Shown: positions 1 through 13,399 of the stretch, one piece after another
Layout of the letters: each line of letters begins with the position of its first letter
How positions within the stretch are numbered: position 1 is the first letter of the stretch
Assembly (NCBI GenBank): GCA_051362555.1
Contig: CM120645.1
Coordinates: 3,782,001-3,846,000, forward strand
Reading direction: 5' to 3'
DNA: 64,000 bases
From: Lingula anatina
Taxonomy: Eukaryota; Animalia; Brachiopoda
Position numbers and translations under genes: made by a program
Notes under the pieces: generated by a model
Database searches by the model: none
What the model saw: the letters and a program-made list of their open reading frames with translations, nothing else
Told to the model about the DNA's origin: nothing

Positions 1-135
1 GAGACAAATCATTACTATATCAGCAGCAATATAAAGTGGTAGTATTAAAGGAATTTAACTGAATTAATAAATTACTTTTGAGAAAATAAAATTTTAGGAT
101 TTAGTATCTTTTTAGTCCACCCAGTATACCAACCA
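1..135 (+). repeat. Dispersed repeat fragment, also present at about 3752-3890 (ABCD intron 10)
   Basis: Collinear diverged match, for example GTGGTAGTATTAAA..GGAATTT..TGAATTAAT...TAGTATCTTTT.AGTCCACCCA in both places. Family not identified. Confidence 0.6.
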
Positions 136-1096
136 AAATTGTAGTGTATACAAATATAATTCCCAGACATGTAAATTAATTTGATAAGAGTCCATTGCTT
201 GTGCACTTGACTTGTTTTATGACTTTCCTATAATTATATAACTTGAGTGGACGTGTGCAATTTGAATAATTAAATTTCATATGTACCGCGAAAAAATGCA
301 GCACCAAATCAACCTATAGATAAGAAATATGTATAAAAGACGTCTAGAAATAATATCAGGGGTCAGACTGAAGAAGATTCGAAGGTGGCCGCTCGACGAA
401 GCCATGGGAGACGGCCTAGAACTTGGAGATTTCACGTAGATGATGTAGTTAGACAGAGTCAACCAATAAACCATTAAACTGGTCATTATGTGGACTTGGG
501 TTTTCTTTGCGCGACCTCACGTAAATCTGACAAGAACCGTGGAATATTTGGATCGCGTTATCCACTAAGTCTAAAACGTACAATGTAATGTCTTATTTCG
601 AGCCCACGCCTGAAATACAAAATTAAAAACTAACTGTATGACATGCCTCCTCCTGGTATTAAGTAGAAAAGCTGGTGGTTATCACTTAGTTGAAACAAGA
701 AGTGGCCTTCCCCATTCATCCTCCCCCCCCCCCCCCCCCCCAACAGTTCAGTTGATTTTGGCAGACCAGTTGTGTCTCTGGGCATGGGACCTTAGAAACA
801 GTCTATTTTAAATCTTCAGTATGAGTTTTAACTTAAAAGATACATTATTCTTATTCTGTGATACATATTCAAGACTGCACTAGCTGACATTACAGTAAAA
901 TGTGTTAAAAAGACAGTTTCAATTTCAACCTATTTATTGCCCTTGTCTCAGGCTGTTAGACATGGTTTCTAGTTGGAGTGTGTAAAAGAACCTTGATACA
1001 GAAGACATAGATTATGCTCTCAAATGAAGATGTACTCTTGCTTTCTTCTACAGCTCTCAGTCTCAACAGTTTTATCAAAAACAGGCCTTTTTTTCC

Positions 1097-1305
1097 TGTG
1101 TGCATGAACAAGTGTGTGTGTGCATGAACAAGTGTGTGTGTGCATGAACAAGTGTGCTTATGTGCATAAACGTGTGTGTGCATGAACAAGTGTGTGTGTG
1201 CATGAACAAGTGTGTGTGCATGAAAAAGTGTGCTTATGTGCATGAACAAGTGTGTGTGTGCATGAACAAATGTGCGTATGTGCATGAACAAGTGTGTGTG
1301 TGCAC
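1097..1305. repeat. Minisatellite (GTGTGTGTGCATGAACAA-type units, about 20-22 bp)
   Basis: Visible tandem units; explains the His/Thr- and Cys/Val-rich ORFs at 956-1442. Confidence 0.9.
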
Positions 1306-2887
1306 ATGGGTTCAACTGCCATCCCAACCACGACAAAGTAAAGAGGGTTGCCATCAACTGACTGCCTTTTGAAGTTGCCCATATAAATGTCAAAATACCT
1401 ATTAAAGTAACATGTAAAACCTAATGACAGATATATGTGCAATGCTCAAATATAATTTTTTCATGCAGTTAAAATACAGGTATGTTAATAAGCTAACTAA
1501 TACTGATGGCACACTGAGACAATGGCAGGAGACTATTGATTATTCATTGAGATCTAGGAAGAAATTAGAACAATCGGACCTGGACGACATTTCATTTATT
1601 CATTTTTTATGTGCATGTGTGTAAGTATGCCTTCAGTGAACAAGATGTTTTAAATGCCTTCTGACATATATTCTGACTACAATACATTGTTATTTATAAT
1701 AATAATAATAATGATAATTCTGACCTTTTTCTGGAAACTTGATTATCAAATATTAAAGAATTTAACTTATTCTACAGATTTTTAAAAATAATACTGGTGT
1801 TCTCTTTGAATGAACTAAGTAAAAATTGAAAATTATTTTGATAAATATGATATCACATTTATATCAAAAAGACAATTTAAAATACATAAAAGTCAATAGT
1901 TTCATGAGCATTAAGAATTTTTCAATAAATACAGTATATCATGAAAACTAGACAAAAAAAGTGAAATGGCTTTATATAAGAGGAGAACTTCTAGCTACTT
2001 AATATTTGAAACACCTAATCAGAAAAGAAATTTCTAACCCATTTAAAAAAGTTAACATATAAGGATATTTAAGATAAAAACTGCCTTATTTCAGAATAAA
2101 TATTTTGTTCAGGCTTTGCCATTTCATATCAACTACTACTAGGAAACTAAAGCATAACATGACAAGAAGCAGAATATGCCACATTTTCTAATACCCTACA
2201 GCAGATAAATGATCTGGAAACTTTTGGCGTTTAAATCTGTGCAGGCTGGGTGGAACATCAAAAGGCATCACTTATTTTCTTTTCTAATCAAAGAAAATGT
2301 GTACAGATAGTATTCACATCCACAGATAAACTATCACTATAACATACAATAAGTTATCTTTCAATAGTTGAGGTTACAACCACATTACACAGCACTAAGA
2401 TAAAATTTTTGTTATATATCATTGATTTTTGGAACAATAATTTCACCACATATACAATACACCACAACATACAGTTTATTTAAACATCTTCATTCTAATT
2501 TAATTAATGGACATCTTTGGCACCTAATTATTATACAAAGATTAAATATGTCTTCCTATCATATTATTATATACTTACATCATATCTATAGTATGCCTAT
2601 GAATAACTGCCAAAGATGCTATTTTCTTGTTTAACTCTAAACTTACAGAACACAATTCTATGTAAACCCCCTTTCCAGTACACCTCCTTCTCCATCTCTT
2701 CTCTTCAGTTCACACCAAAAAGGAAAAAAAATAACAAAACCTGACTTCTTAAGTCGATCAGCAGACCATTATCTATGACAGTGCATAATCAACAGTGTCC
2801 AATTATGAGCCCTGACCCCATGGGTTGAATATACTGACCATAGTCAAGCTCAGACTTATAACGGTGCACAGTGAACTGGGTGACCAA

Positions 2888-5800
2888 TCACAGCACTGAC
2901 CCCTCTGGCTGTATCAGATGACCATGGTCCAGTAACACAGAGTCCTCCCCCAAAATGGAGCACAGTTCCTGTAGTCTCTGCTGCATCTTAGGTATGCCAG
3001 CTAGCTGAGCCTCCAGCCCCTGTTTCTCCTCATTGAGTGACAGGCGCGTGGCTGTGTCCAGCTCCTCTAATCTCCAGCCTCCCTCGCCATCAAACTGGAG
3101 CAAATGAGTGTGGAACTTCCTGGAAAATTGATAAATATTTGGTGTGATGTTAAGAGTTTAGTACGTGAGGATCTTGGGAATGAAATGTATCTTGCAGAAA
3201 AAAAGAAGGCATTATGACCAACCATGAATATGAATGGGTGAAGCCAGAGCTCCCAAAACACGAAACCACAACTACCAGGGTGGGATGTCCAGAGAAAACT
3301 GCAGTATTTGTGGACATTCTCAAAACTAAAGGGAACAAGGTATTTGATTTATTAAGGGAATACCACACTAAAAATGGACAAAGTGAGGTTGCTACCCTTC
3401 TTAAATAGACTAATTAAGTGACCAAGAGAACTCACTCAGACAATGTGCAGCAGTCATGTTGTTGGTACAAAATTTGACATATCCTCAGTCAACAACTTTG
3501 GCCACACTGATTTAATATATCTCAGTCTAAATGGGAAATCTTTTTCACATAAAAACAGTAATAGACTATCATATTGTTCAAAGCGCCGATTGTTGTATAA
3601 TTAAAGTTAAAGTATAGCAAAAATGTATGTACACATGTAAATACACAGGTATAACCAAAGAACAGTCAAATAGAATATATTGCATTAAAATAAATGTGTT
3701 TTTTATTGGGATTTATTTAGATAAATTAAGATTGTTGATGTAAATAATCACTGAGTAAAATCAATACTATGCCAGCGGCAGTACAATGTGGTAGTATTAA
3801 ACGGAATTTCATTGAATTAATTAATTATTTCTGAGACATTAAAATTACAGGATTAAGTATCTTTTAAGTCCACCCATTACACCAAACACAAACATTATAT
3901 GTATAACAATATAACATAATCATAAATGAGAATTATCAAACACAAGGCAAAAAACTTTCACACCATTAGCTTACAGCCAACCTGGACATAAGCCTTCATC
4001 AGATTAATGACGTGAGCAGACTTTGACCCTCACTGACCACTGGGGGGTATATTGGCCAGGACCCTCTTATAAATGTCAGGCTTGTGTTTGATAATTTTCA
4101 TTTATGATCGAACTACCAAGATGATGAACATTTTTCCTCATCAACATAACAAAATGGTTTGCTTGCCACAGTGCCATATATAGACTTACAACCAAACCCA
4201 ATGATTCACCTACCACAAAGAAGGTCTGTGTGTTATAGTCAGTAGCATGATCCCTGCATCCTTGATAGCCTGGTAGATCTTGCTCTCCACATCAATAGAC
4301 ACAGCACTGGTGCATTCATCTAACAAAGCAAAACGTGGCCTGGAACATGTGAAGACACTTATTAATACACAGTCAAACTAAATCCAATTTTTCACACATA
4401 TTTGACAAATAGGAGTCTCCAAAATGATGTAATTAGGTAACTTCATAACAGTAAATAATCAATAAAATAAATATAAATAATTTGGTAATAAACAGGACTA
4501 TCTTTGGTTTAGGTTTACATTTATTTCAAATCAGATAATTGAATTCACGTTAAGACACTGATGAAATGCTGACAAATGGATTAAGTAATTTCATCTTAAT
4601 TTTCCCTCATTTCAGTCAAGGTAGTTGTGTAAGCTGGTTGTACCTGTGGTAGAATATCCTTGCCATTCCTATCCTCTGTTTCTCTCCTCCAGATAACACA
4701 TCTTTCCAGTCACTCTCAGCTCCCCAGCCTGGAACACAACAACTCTTAGGATAATAAAATCTATACTTTTTATTTTTTTCTAATACATTGAGCATATTTC
4801 AGACAAAGTATGATACAACTAGTCTAACATATGATTTTTGTTAGTGGATTTTATCCCTGAACATATTTTTTAAAATGAGGCATTCACTTTTCCAGAATAT
4901 AGACACAACTTTGGCAAAACAGACATACAAGGCTGGCATTTGACTATTCCCCAGTAACTAACTGGAAAGTCCCAATCTGATAAAACAAGACTATTATTAT
5001 TATTATTAATATTAAATGTAAAGATATCAGAGGATGTGATTAATTATGATTAAGCTGTGTAATTCCAATAATGAACAATTATTACGCATGTACATCTGAA
5101 ACTAGAAACTGTATCTTTCTGTCAAAAACTATAAATACTTTTTGCAGACATCTTACCTCCTTCTCTCTGTATAATATGTTGCAGGTTTACAATTCTAAAT
5201 ATATCCTCAAGATGTCTGTCTGTGAATCCTCTCTTCTTCATATCTGCTACACTATCTGGGTAGATCACCTGGTCTCTTAGTGTGCCGATGGACAAATAAG
5301 GTCTGGAATATATTGGCAAATTCTATAGCATGCCCATGAATAAAATGAATAACAGACCTTGAGGAGATGAAATACAACTAAATTCATACCATTGTTATAT
5401 GAAATCATCAACAGGTAAAATTTAGATGAGAATGAGAAAAGAAGTCATTACTATACCAACAAAAGGAATTGGAATTGAAATTTTTTCCAACTATTGCTGT
5501 CAGTTAACTCACCTTTGTGGAATATAAAACATCTGACTGGGAGGTGGTTTATGTAGGCGACCATTATACACAGGCCACAGACCACTTAGAATCCGGAACA
5601 GGGAGCTCTTACCACAGCCATTGGGGCCTGTTATCAGCAGGTGCATGTCGTGGTCCATCTGGAACAAATGTGGTAAACTCCCTGAACCTGATGAATTTTT
5701 TAAAAATCAAATCAAAAAATCTTATCATTCCTTGAATAGAAATGCCAAATAAGAGTTGTTTTCTTCTGATGTTATAAGCAAAATACCATTTTGATCAGTA

Positions 5801-8800
5801 TGTAGTTTAATCAATTTTGTTCCAATTTTTCATGTACCACCCCTCCCTTCTCTCCCCCCCCCCCCCCACCCCCACGCCAAAAAAAAAAAAAAGCCAGAGA
5901 AAGAGAGAACCCTCATCCACTGGATCTGTAGATATCAACAATTTTCTATTTTCAAAACACTTAAAAGTATTGTTGTTACCTGGAATGAGAGACTTGACAC
6001 CACAATATCTCCATTGGGTGTAATGATGGGAACATCTTCCAGTAAAATAGTGTCTGTATCAATAACTTCACCTATAGAAACAAAATAAATGAATAGATAA
6101 ATATTCATTTTTAGCTCTTGTCATCACATCTTTTTATTATCAGACATTGACCAGAACATGTATTAGATAAAGAGCACATGTATAGAATGACAGTATCTGA
6201 ATTTAAGGTATATGTATTAGCCTTACACTCACTCCGATTAACCATTATAAGTTACTCATCAGATTTGTACTTTTTTGTTACAAACTAGAGGATCAGAGAG
6301 GCGATACCGCCTCCGAATATTGTACCACCAGCTGGAGCAAGCGCATTCATAAAGACCCCCACATATACAAAATAAGGAACACAGCCACCAGTCTTGTGCT
6401 TGACAAGCTGTAAAAATGCAATCAACAAGAATTTTCAAAATATGCAAAAAATATATATATTACTAAAAATGGTACAATCAAAGTTAAGTTCATCGCAAGG
6501 TAGGTCAAAGGTCAATTCCAAGGTCACAGTAAATTGCCAGTATATGACTTCTTATTCAACTTCAATAGTAACTATGGGCCTATCTCTGCCAGGTTTGGAG
6601 TTAAAAGAGAAAGAAATTAGCAGAGTTCAGTTCATGATAATAACTAGGTCAAAGGTCAATTTCAAGGTCACACTTAGATTGCCAGTATATGACTTCCTAT
6701 TCACGTTCAATAGTAACTATGGACCTATCTTTGCCAGTTTTGGAGATAAAGGGGAAGCAAACTATGCAAAGTTCAGTTCATGGTGAAAAGTAGGTCAAAG
6801 GTCAATTTTAAGGTCACATTTAGATTGCCAGTATATGACTTCCTATTCAACTTCAATAGTAACTATGGACCTATCTCTGCCAGTTTTGGAGATAAAAGGG
6901 AAGCAAAATTTGCAAAGTTCAGTTCATGGTGAAAAGTAGGTCAAAGGTCAATTTTAAGGTCACATTTAGATTGTCAGTATATGACTTCCTATTCAAGTTC
7001 AATAGAAACTATGGACCTATCTCTGCCAGTTTTGGAGATATAAGGGACTAAATGTTATAATTTTGGAGTTACCATAATGTGCCATAAATTTCCTACAAAA
7101 AAAAATTAATTAAAATAAAGAAAAGGTCATTTTGGTCAAAATTCTTGAAATGGGAGGTGCTCTGAAGTTCCAGATGTTCAAATTTGATGAAATAATGTCA
7201 TTTTTGACCACAAGTTGTCTGCTTTGCCAAGCCTTATGTTTTATTTTTCCGGAGTTCAAAATTTATTATCCATTACCGTACTGCACATTTTGCTTTCACC
7301 ACCAATATGTACTTTTTGATACAGCGTAACTCAAAAACCGTATGGAATACAAAAAAACGGAGACCACCTCCAGTGTTGGGCTTTACATGCTCTACAAAAT
7401 GCAAAAAAGAATGGGTGTCTAGCATTAACGGTTCCGGAATTAGAGCAGTTTTCAGTTTCGATATCTTATGGCCGCTACTCCCGTGAAAATGCACCGATTG
7501 ACCCCAAATTCACGGAGATGAAAGATGACCTGAAGGGTAACACTTTCCATTAATATTATTAGTTAAGTCTGTGTTGTGTCTGAATAAGACCGCAAATAAT
7601 TTTTTTTTTGGCAAAAATTTTGTTTTTTTGAAAATTTTGGCCCGTTTGACCTTAAAATAAAGGTCAAAGGTCAAATCCAAGGGCATATTTGAAATCTACA
7701 CATATGACTTTTGGAAAGCTGTCTGTAGAAATTTTTCCCATAATTCCTTCTGTAGGGGAGATAATTAGCATTTAATTTTGCCATTTTTGGACAAGGGTGC
7801 ATTGCAATGAGTGCCACACCTAGACCCCAATACCGACAAAGCCCAAATTTTACGTGGAACGAGTTGAGATTATAGGTGACCTAAATCCAAGAGATGGGTA
7901 TGGAGGCCCTTACCGTCTAGGAGGAGAAGCGGTAACGGTGACTTGGCGGCGGAGCCGCAGGAGCCGGCGGAGCCGCAGGAGCCGGCGGAACATACGGGTC
8001 GGGACTAAAACCATGTGTACCGCCAGCGCCTACGCTGGTGGTACAATAAATGATTGCATATTAATATGTTTTTTTATAACACGTGGAAATCAAGATAAAT
8101 ATTTTAATTACATAAGTGAATCTTTTCTTTGGGGAGGGGGGGGTGGGGGAGGGGGTTAGGGGTACCTCTGGATCTGCCTTGTCAGATTTTTATAACAAGG
8201 CAGCAAAGCTGTCAAATGTACAGACAAAGAATAGAAAATAAAGATGCAAATAAGTGAAAAATTAAATTTTCACAAAAAACTGTTAAATTGCCAGAAAAAT
8301 TTACCAAACAGACTGCGTTGCCTATTGAAGCTGTATGTTAGACCCATGTTTCTTTCCTGTAAGTTTGAGAACAGTAAGTGACATGATTTCCCTTAAATGG
8401 TCATCATAGGAGCAGTGCCCAAAATAGGGGTTTCTTCAAATTTTGATGCAACATTACATAATGTTTAACAGCATAATGACAATCAAATGTTATTAATAAA
8501 ATATTAGTAACATGGACATTCAGAAAATGTGACAAGCAAAAGTCTTCAATATCATGGAACTTTAAAGTCACACCTTGAAAATGCCAATATGTGAAAAATT
8601 AAATTTTCACAAAAAACTGTTTAACTGCCAAAAAAAAAAAAAATACCAAACAGACTGCATTGCCTACTGAAGCTGTTTTTTAGTCCCATGTTTCTTTCCT
8701 GTAAGTTTGAGAACAGTAAGTGACATGATTTTCCTTAAATGGTCATCATGGAAGCAGTGCCCAAAATAGGGGTTTCTTCAAATTTTGATGCAATATTACA

Positions 8801-11800
8801 TAATGTTTAACAGCTTAATGACCATCAATTTTGAATTATAAAATATTTGTATCACAGATATTCAGAAAATGTGACTAGCAAAGGTCTTCAGGCCCATGGA
8901 ACTTCAAAGTCACGCCTTGAAAATGCCAAAATGTAAACAAGACAGCACTGTTCTGAAATGGGTTTATTTCCATTTTTAACACTTTTTTAACATAAAACAA
9001 AATAAACAGTTTTTTACCATTTGTATATGATCAACTAAGAAAATTGATGAGTTGGGAAAAATATCAATAGAACAGTGTTAAATGTCCAATTTCCTCCATT
9101 CTGAGATAATGAATATAGTAGATGATTGAATCTGACAAACTGCAATGATATTTGTTTATTTCCATTTTTGACACTTTATAACATAATACACAATAACAAG
9201 TTTACCATCATTTTTACATAATCAACTAACAATGTTATTAAGATGCAGGAAATGTCAAACAAACACTTTTACGTATCTTATTAGTTCAATAATGAGACTG
9301 TTAATATGCCTAACAATTGAATCTGAGGAAATGTGAAAAAACAGCATAACTTCTAAAAGAATGGCCCAATTATGCTGATTTTGGAACTCAACCTGCATTT
9401 TAGTTAGTTTGACTACTCCTGTGAGTATAATGACAATTGGCCTGTTTTTCTTATATTGTGTTATTAGCGTTGCATATATGTTGAAAGAAGTGAAAAAACA
9501 GCATAACATCCCTAAAAATGGCCCGATCATGCTGATTTTCAAACTTGACCTGCGTATTTTGAATATTCATCAGTTTTGTAAGTTTCAAGCCAAAAGGTAA
9601 AATGGTTTTCCATTTATGGTGTTATCGGTGCTGCATATATGCTGAAAAAGAGAAAAAATAGCCTAAATTCACTAAAAATGACCCAATCACGCTGATTTTC
9701 GAACTTGACCTGCGTATTATGAATATTCATCAGTTCTGTAAGTTTCAAGCCAAAAGGTAAAACGGTTTTCCACTTATCGTGTTATCGGTGCTGCATATAT
9801 GCTGAAAAAAGTGAAAAAACAGCATAAATTCCCTATAAGTGACCCGATCATGCTGATTTTCGAACTTGACCTGCGTATTATGAATATTCATCAGTTCTGT
9901 AAGTTTCAAGCCAAAAGGTAAAATGATTTTCCACTTATCGTGTTATCGGTGCTGCATATATGCTGAAAAAAGAGAAAAAATAGCCTAAATTCACTAAAAA
10001 TGACCCAATCACGCTGATTTTCGAACTTGACCTGCGTATAATGAATATTCATCAGTTCTGTAAGTTTCAAGTCAAAAGGTAAAACGGTTTTCCACTTATC
10101 GTGTTATCGGTGCTGCATATATGCTGAAAAAAGTGAAAAAACAGCATAAATTCCCTATAAGTGACCCGATCATGCTGATTTTCGAACTTGACCTGCGTAT
10201 TACGAATATTCATCATTTCTGTAAGTTTCAAGCCAAAAGAAAAAACAGTTTTCCACTTATCGTGTTATCGGTAAAAGTGCACGGCGACGACGGCAAAGGC
10301 GACGGCGACGACAGACGCAGATGATGGCTATATGTACAGACACATCTGTGTCTGTACATAAAAAGTGAAAAAACAGCATAAATTCCCTAAAAGTGACCCG
10401 ATCATGCTGATTTTCGAACTTGACCTACGTATTATGAATATTCATCAGTTCTGCAAGTTTCAAGTCAAAAGGTAAAATGGTTTTCCACTTATCGTGTTAT
10501 CGGTAAAAGTGCACGGCGACGGCGACGACAGACGCAGATGATGGCTATATGTACAGACACATCTGTGTCTGTACATAAAAAATACTGTCACCATGTACAT
10601 TTATTATACCTTTAATCTGGAGGGGCCCTTGGATCTTCTTCTGCGCTCCTTTTGCAGCCTTGTTGGAGGTGACCATGTTACGTTTGTATTTTCCTTTCCT
10701 CACATCTTCAAACACCTCAAACATCTCTGATACACGAGAGGTATAACCAGCTAGCTCTGTTATCTATATACACACACAAAATCGACAAAAATAAGCTGTA
10801 TATAAATTCAATGTCACACAATTAAATTCTCAAAGGCATTCAATTAAAGAACAGAATAAGATTATTCACCAGACCTTATTCACATCAGAAGTTCAATTGA
10901 AAAACAGTGGTCTACTAAAATAAACAAATCTTAATGAACAGAATCCCCACCTCTTTATAAGAAGACATCATTCTTTCTATTGCATCAGCTGAGTTGATCA
11001 AAAGGTTTCTAGCAGTGGTGAAATTCTGCGTGCGTTCACTTACTCCCCCATCTGGGTCATCATCTATAAAGCTACCTGAAAGCACACATGTAAAACACTC
11101 TCATTTAAATGCATCTTTTCACTCTTATATTCCAACTGCCTTAATTTAGATATATGTTATATAGACCATAGTCTTTTAATTGCACCAGGTCTGGATCAGC
11201 ATCTAAGTCACTATCTGATAAACAGATAAAACAGCAGAATAATATTGTTAGCATTGATCTTGTTATGATGTAACTGTTTTCCCTTCGATTTTTCCCCCCT
11301 GCCTCCCATCCCCATTTTCTCCACTTCTGCTTCTAAACAATGAAGTATCTGGAGCCAATATTCTATTACCATTTTCGTGTTAACATGGATGAAAACATTA
11401 CACTGCTCATGCTATACAGCAACTATGCCTAATCCAGTATACATTGATCATCTATAACTGGCCACACATGTTTGATAACTACACACACCTCCTACCATAT
11501 AATCACATATAAGCTTACCATCTTGTCTCTGTCCTACAGTAGTAATCATAGGCACTGCCACCATGACCAGACCACTAGCGCTCCAAACATATTTCATCAG
11601 GAACTGCTCCAGCATGATGTACCACAGTCGTTTACGGAAGATGAGGTCCATCTGATTAGCTAGTGCTTGGTAACTTCTCTGCAGCAGGCTCTCCTCGGTC
11701 TAGGAAAACAGGGAATAAACATAAAAAGGAGAGTTGTGGTTGAATTATGAGATGCTGTTCTTAATTTTATCATTAATAAATCATGTGAAACATATAATTG

Positions 11801-13018
11801 TGCCTAATAATTGTATTATGTTTTTTTTCTGAAGACAGTTAATTACTTGATTATCTGGTAAAAAATAAATGTTATGTGGAGACATAAAGTGAAGCATAAT
11901 ACTTACCTTGTGTCCTCCATAGAAGGCAATTTCCTCTGCATTAGCTATTACTCTGGAGTGAATATAGCGTAGGTATCCCTTCTTGCTGGCCTCTTCAGCA
12001 ACCAATTTTCCAAACTTTGGTGATACTGCTCGTAATACCTTGCCTGTTATCACAATAACTACAGCAGCGAGAACAGATGGAATTCGAGAACTTGCACCTC
12101 TACTTGATGCCAGCTACAATGATAGTAATGTTTCCACAATATTGTTCAATGAAATATGACATTATGAGGAAAAATTTAATATATATACAGACAAACCAAC
12201 ACTATGAAAACATTATCTCCTTCATTGGTAGAGGTAATTAAAATAATTTACAATTCCAGTTGTGATACCTTGTACAGAGTGAAAGACATCAAAGCCACAT
12301 CTAACAATGGTTTGGTGAGGTGGGAATATAGATGAGCAAGAGAGGAAGTAAATTCTGCAATATCTTCTGTCAGACACTGGTCGGCATTGGTCAAGCGCCC
12401 ATCCAAGTTGCTGACTCTGTAGTAAGTTTGATTGAGGAAATACTTGCTGTATGCATGATTTACGAGTTGTGTGCGCAGTGCCAAAGCCAGTTTACTCTCA
12501 AGAAAACGGATCAAACTGTTCACAAAGGTCGCTGGCACAGCAATGAGTAGCCATTTGGAAAGTTGGACAACAAATTTCATTACATCCTGTTTGACTATTG
12601 TTCTAACAATTCTGCCATCTAACTTAGCTACGTATATGGACAGAAATGTTCTTGATACAAGAGACGCCGTATGTAGGGCCAGTATGGCGAATTCTTTGGA
12701 CCAAATAGATGGGATGAGAATTTTCAACAGTTTTCTTAGTTGTAGGAAAAACTGTCTATCAACACCAGGTGCCCTTGCATTCTTTCGCTTTTCTGCTTCT
12801 TCACCTTCTCCGTCATCTCCATCTCCTTTTGATCCGTCTGCCCGTTTTCGACCTTTGATTTCAGGCAAGAAATACTTAGTCAGGTGAGGATAAAATCTTC
12901 CCACTCCGTATGCTGCTATTAAAGCAGCTGCAACACCGCCAATGACTTTCTTCCGACATCCAGGGTTTTTTGATGCAATTTTTATCAGTTTGTACACCGT
13001 TCTCTGTGCATTTTCCAT
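2888..13018 (-). CDS. ABCD2: Peroxisomal ABC half-transporter, subfamily D (ABCD1/ABCD2 co-ortholog), 11 coding exons, 747 aa
   Basis: Exons (minus): 13018-12269, 12113-11907, 11699-11519, 11075-10951, 10763-10610, 6071-5980, 5658-5513, 5302-5157, 4728-4644, 4339-4214, 3119-2888. All GT-AG with consistent phases, total 2244 nt. Motifs: [22 protein letters not shown]-like [19 protein letters not shown], Walker [10 protein letters not shown], signature LSGGEKQR, Walker [17 protein letters not shown]-loop [19 protein letters not shown]1 versus ABCD2 cannot be resolved from motifs; the symbol was chosen on synteny. Confidence 0.95.
6283..8047 (-). mobile_element. Non-autonomous Helentron/HINE-type element, family A, copy 1, with about 4 internal 146-bp tandem units (ABCD intron 5)
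   Basis: Near-identical to 36489-38816. Subterminal inverted repeat TTGTACCACCAGC/GCTGGTGGTACAA, terminal palindrome GTACCGCCAGC...GCTGGTGGTAC, GC-rich microsatellite-like (CGGAGCCGG)n; the other end has hairpin GAGGCG..CGCCTC and CTAG. No ORF. Confidence 0.75.
8194..10580 (-). mobile_element. Helentron/HINE (pearl-like) element, family B, copy 1, with an internal array of about 160-bp units (ABCD intron 5)
   Basis: Starts AACAAGGCAGCAAAGCTGTC-AAATGTACAGACA (hairpin plus subterminal repeat). Ends with a (GACGGC)n microsatellite and palindrome ATGTACAGACA-catc-TGTGTCTGTACAT. Array units begin near 9531, 9691, 9852, 10013, 10174. Homologous to 31897-34530. Confidence 0.72.
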
Positions 13019-13399
13019 TTCAGAAATGAGTACTAAGAAATTATATCACGTGAAAAAGAGGACGACGCGAACCTTGGCCACCATATTAGTGACCTTTACC
13101 TCTGGTGATTAAAAAATTTGGATTTTACCGAAATACTTGCATCTCGATATAATGCTCATAAGATATACCATATAAATCTCACTATATCCCAACAAAGAAT
13201 TCGATGTTTTCGAGAATATTAACAACCTAAAACTCCTATCATTTAACGTCAGTTTTTGTTATAAATTGTCTAAACCCGTGCATTTATATTAACCGGAAGT
13301 CAGCGCATCGTCTGCTATCTCTGCTAGCTGAGCTGTGTTTGGCAGCAGCCGAGTTGGTTATAGTTTCTTCGAAAGAAAACAACAACAGAAAAAATAACA
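13019..13399. promoter_or_regulatory. Probable bidirectional promoter shared by ABCD and REDIC1-like
   Basis: Divergent ATGs separated by 381 bp; local CpG enrichment; ETS/GABP motif ACCGGAAGT at 13292-13300; palindromic E-box TCACGTGA at 13046-13053. Confidence 0.6.

Noticed and set aside
956-1442. His/Thr- and Cys/Val-rich ORFs resembling metal-binding proteins
   Set aside because: They are translations of the (GT)n-CATGAACAA minisatellite in several frames, with no splice or homology support.
6394-7494. ORFs repeated at 37559-38300, and ORFs at 9255-10324 and 33015-34633
   Set aside because: They lie within non-autonomous repeat copies and show no Rep/helicase or transposase motifs.
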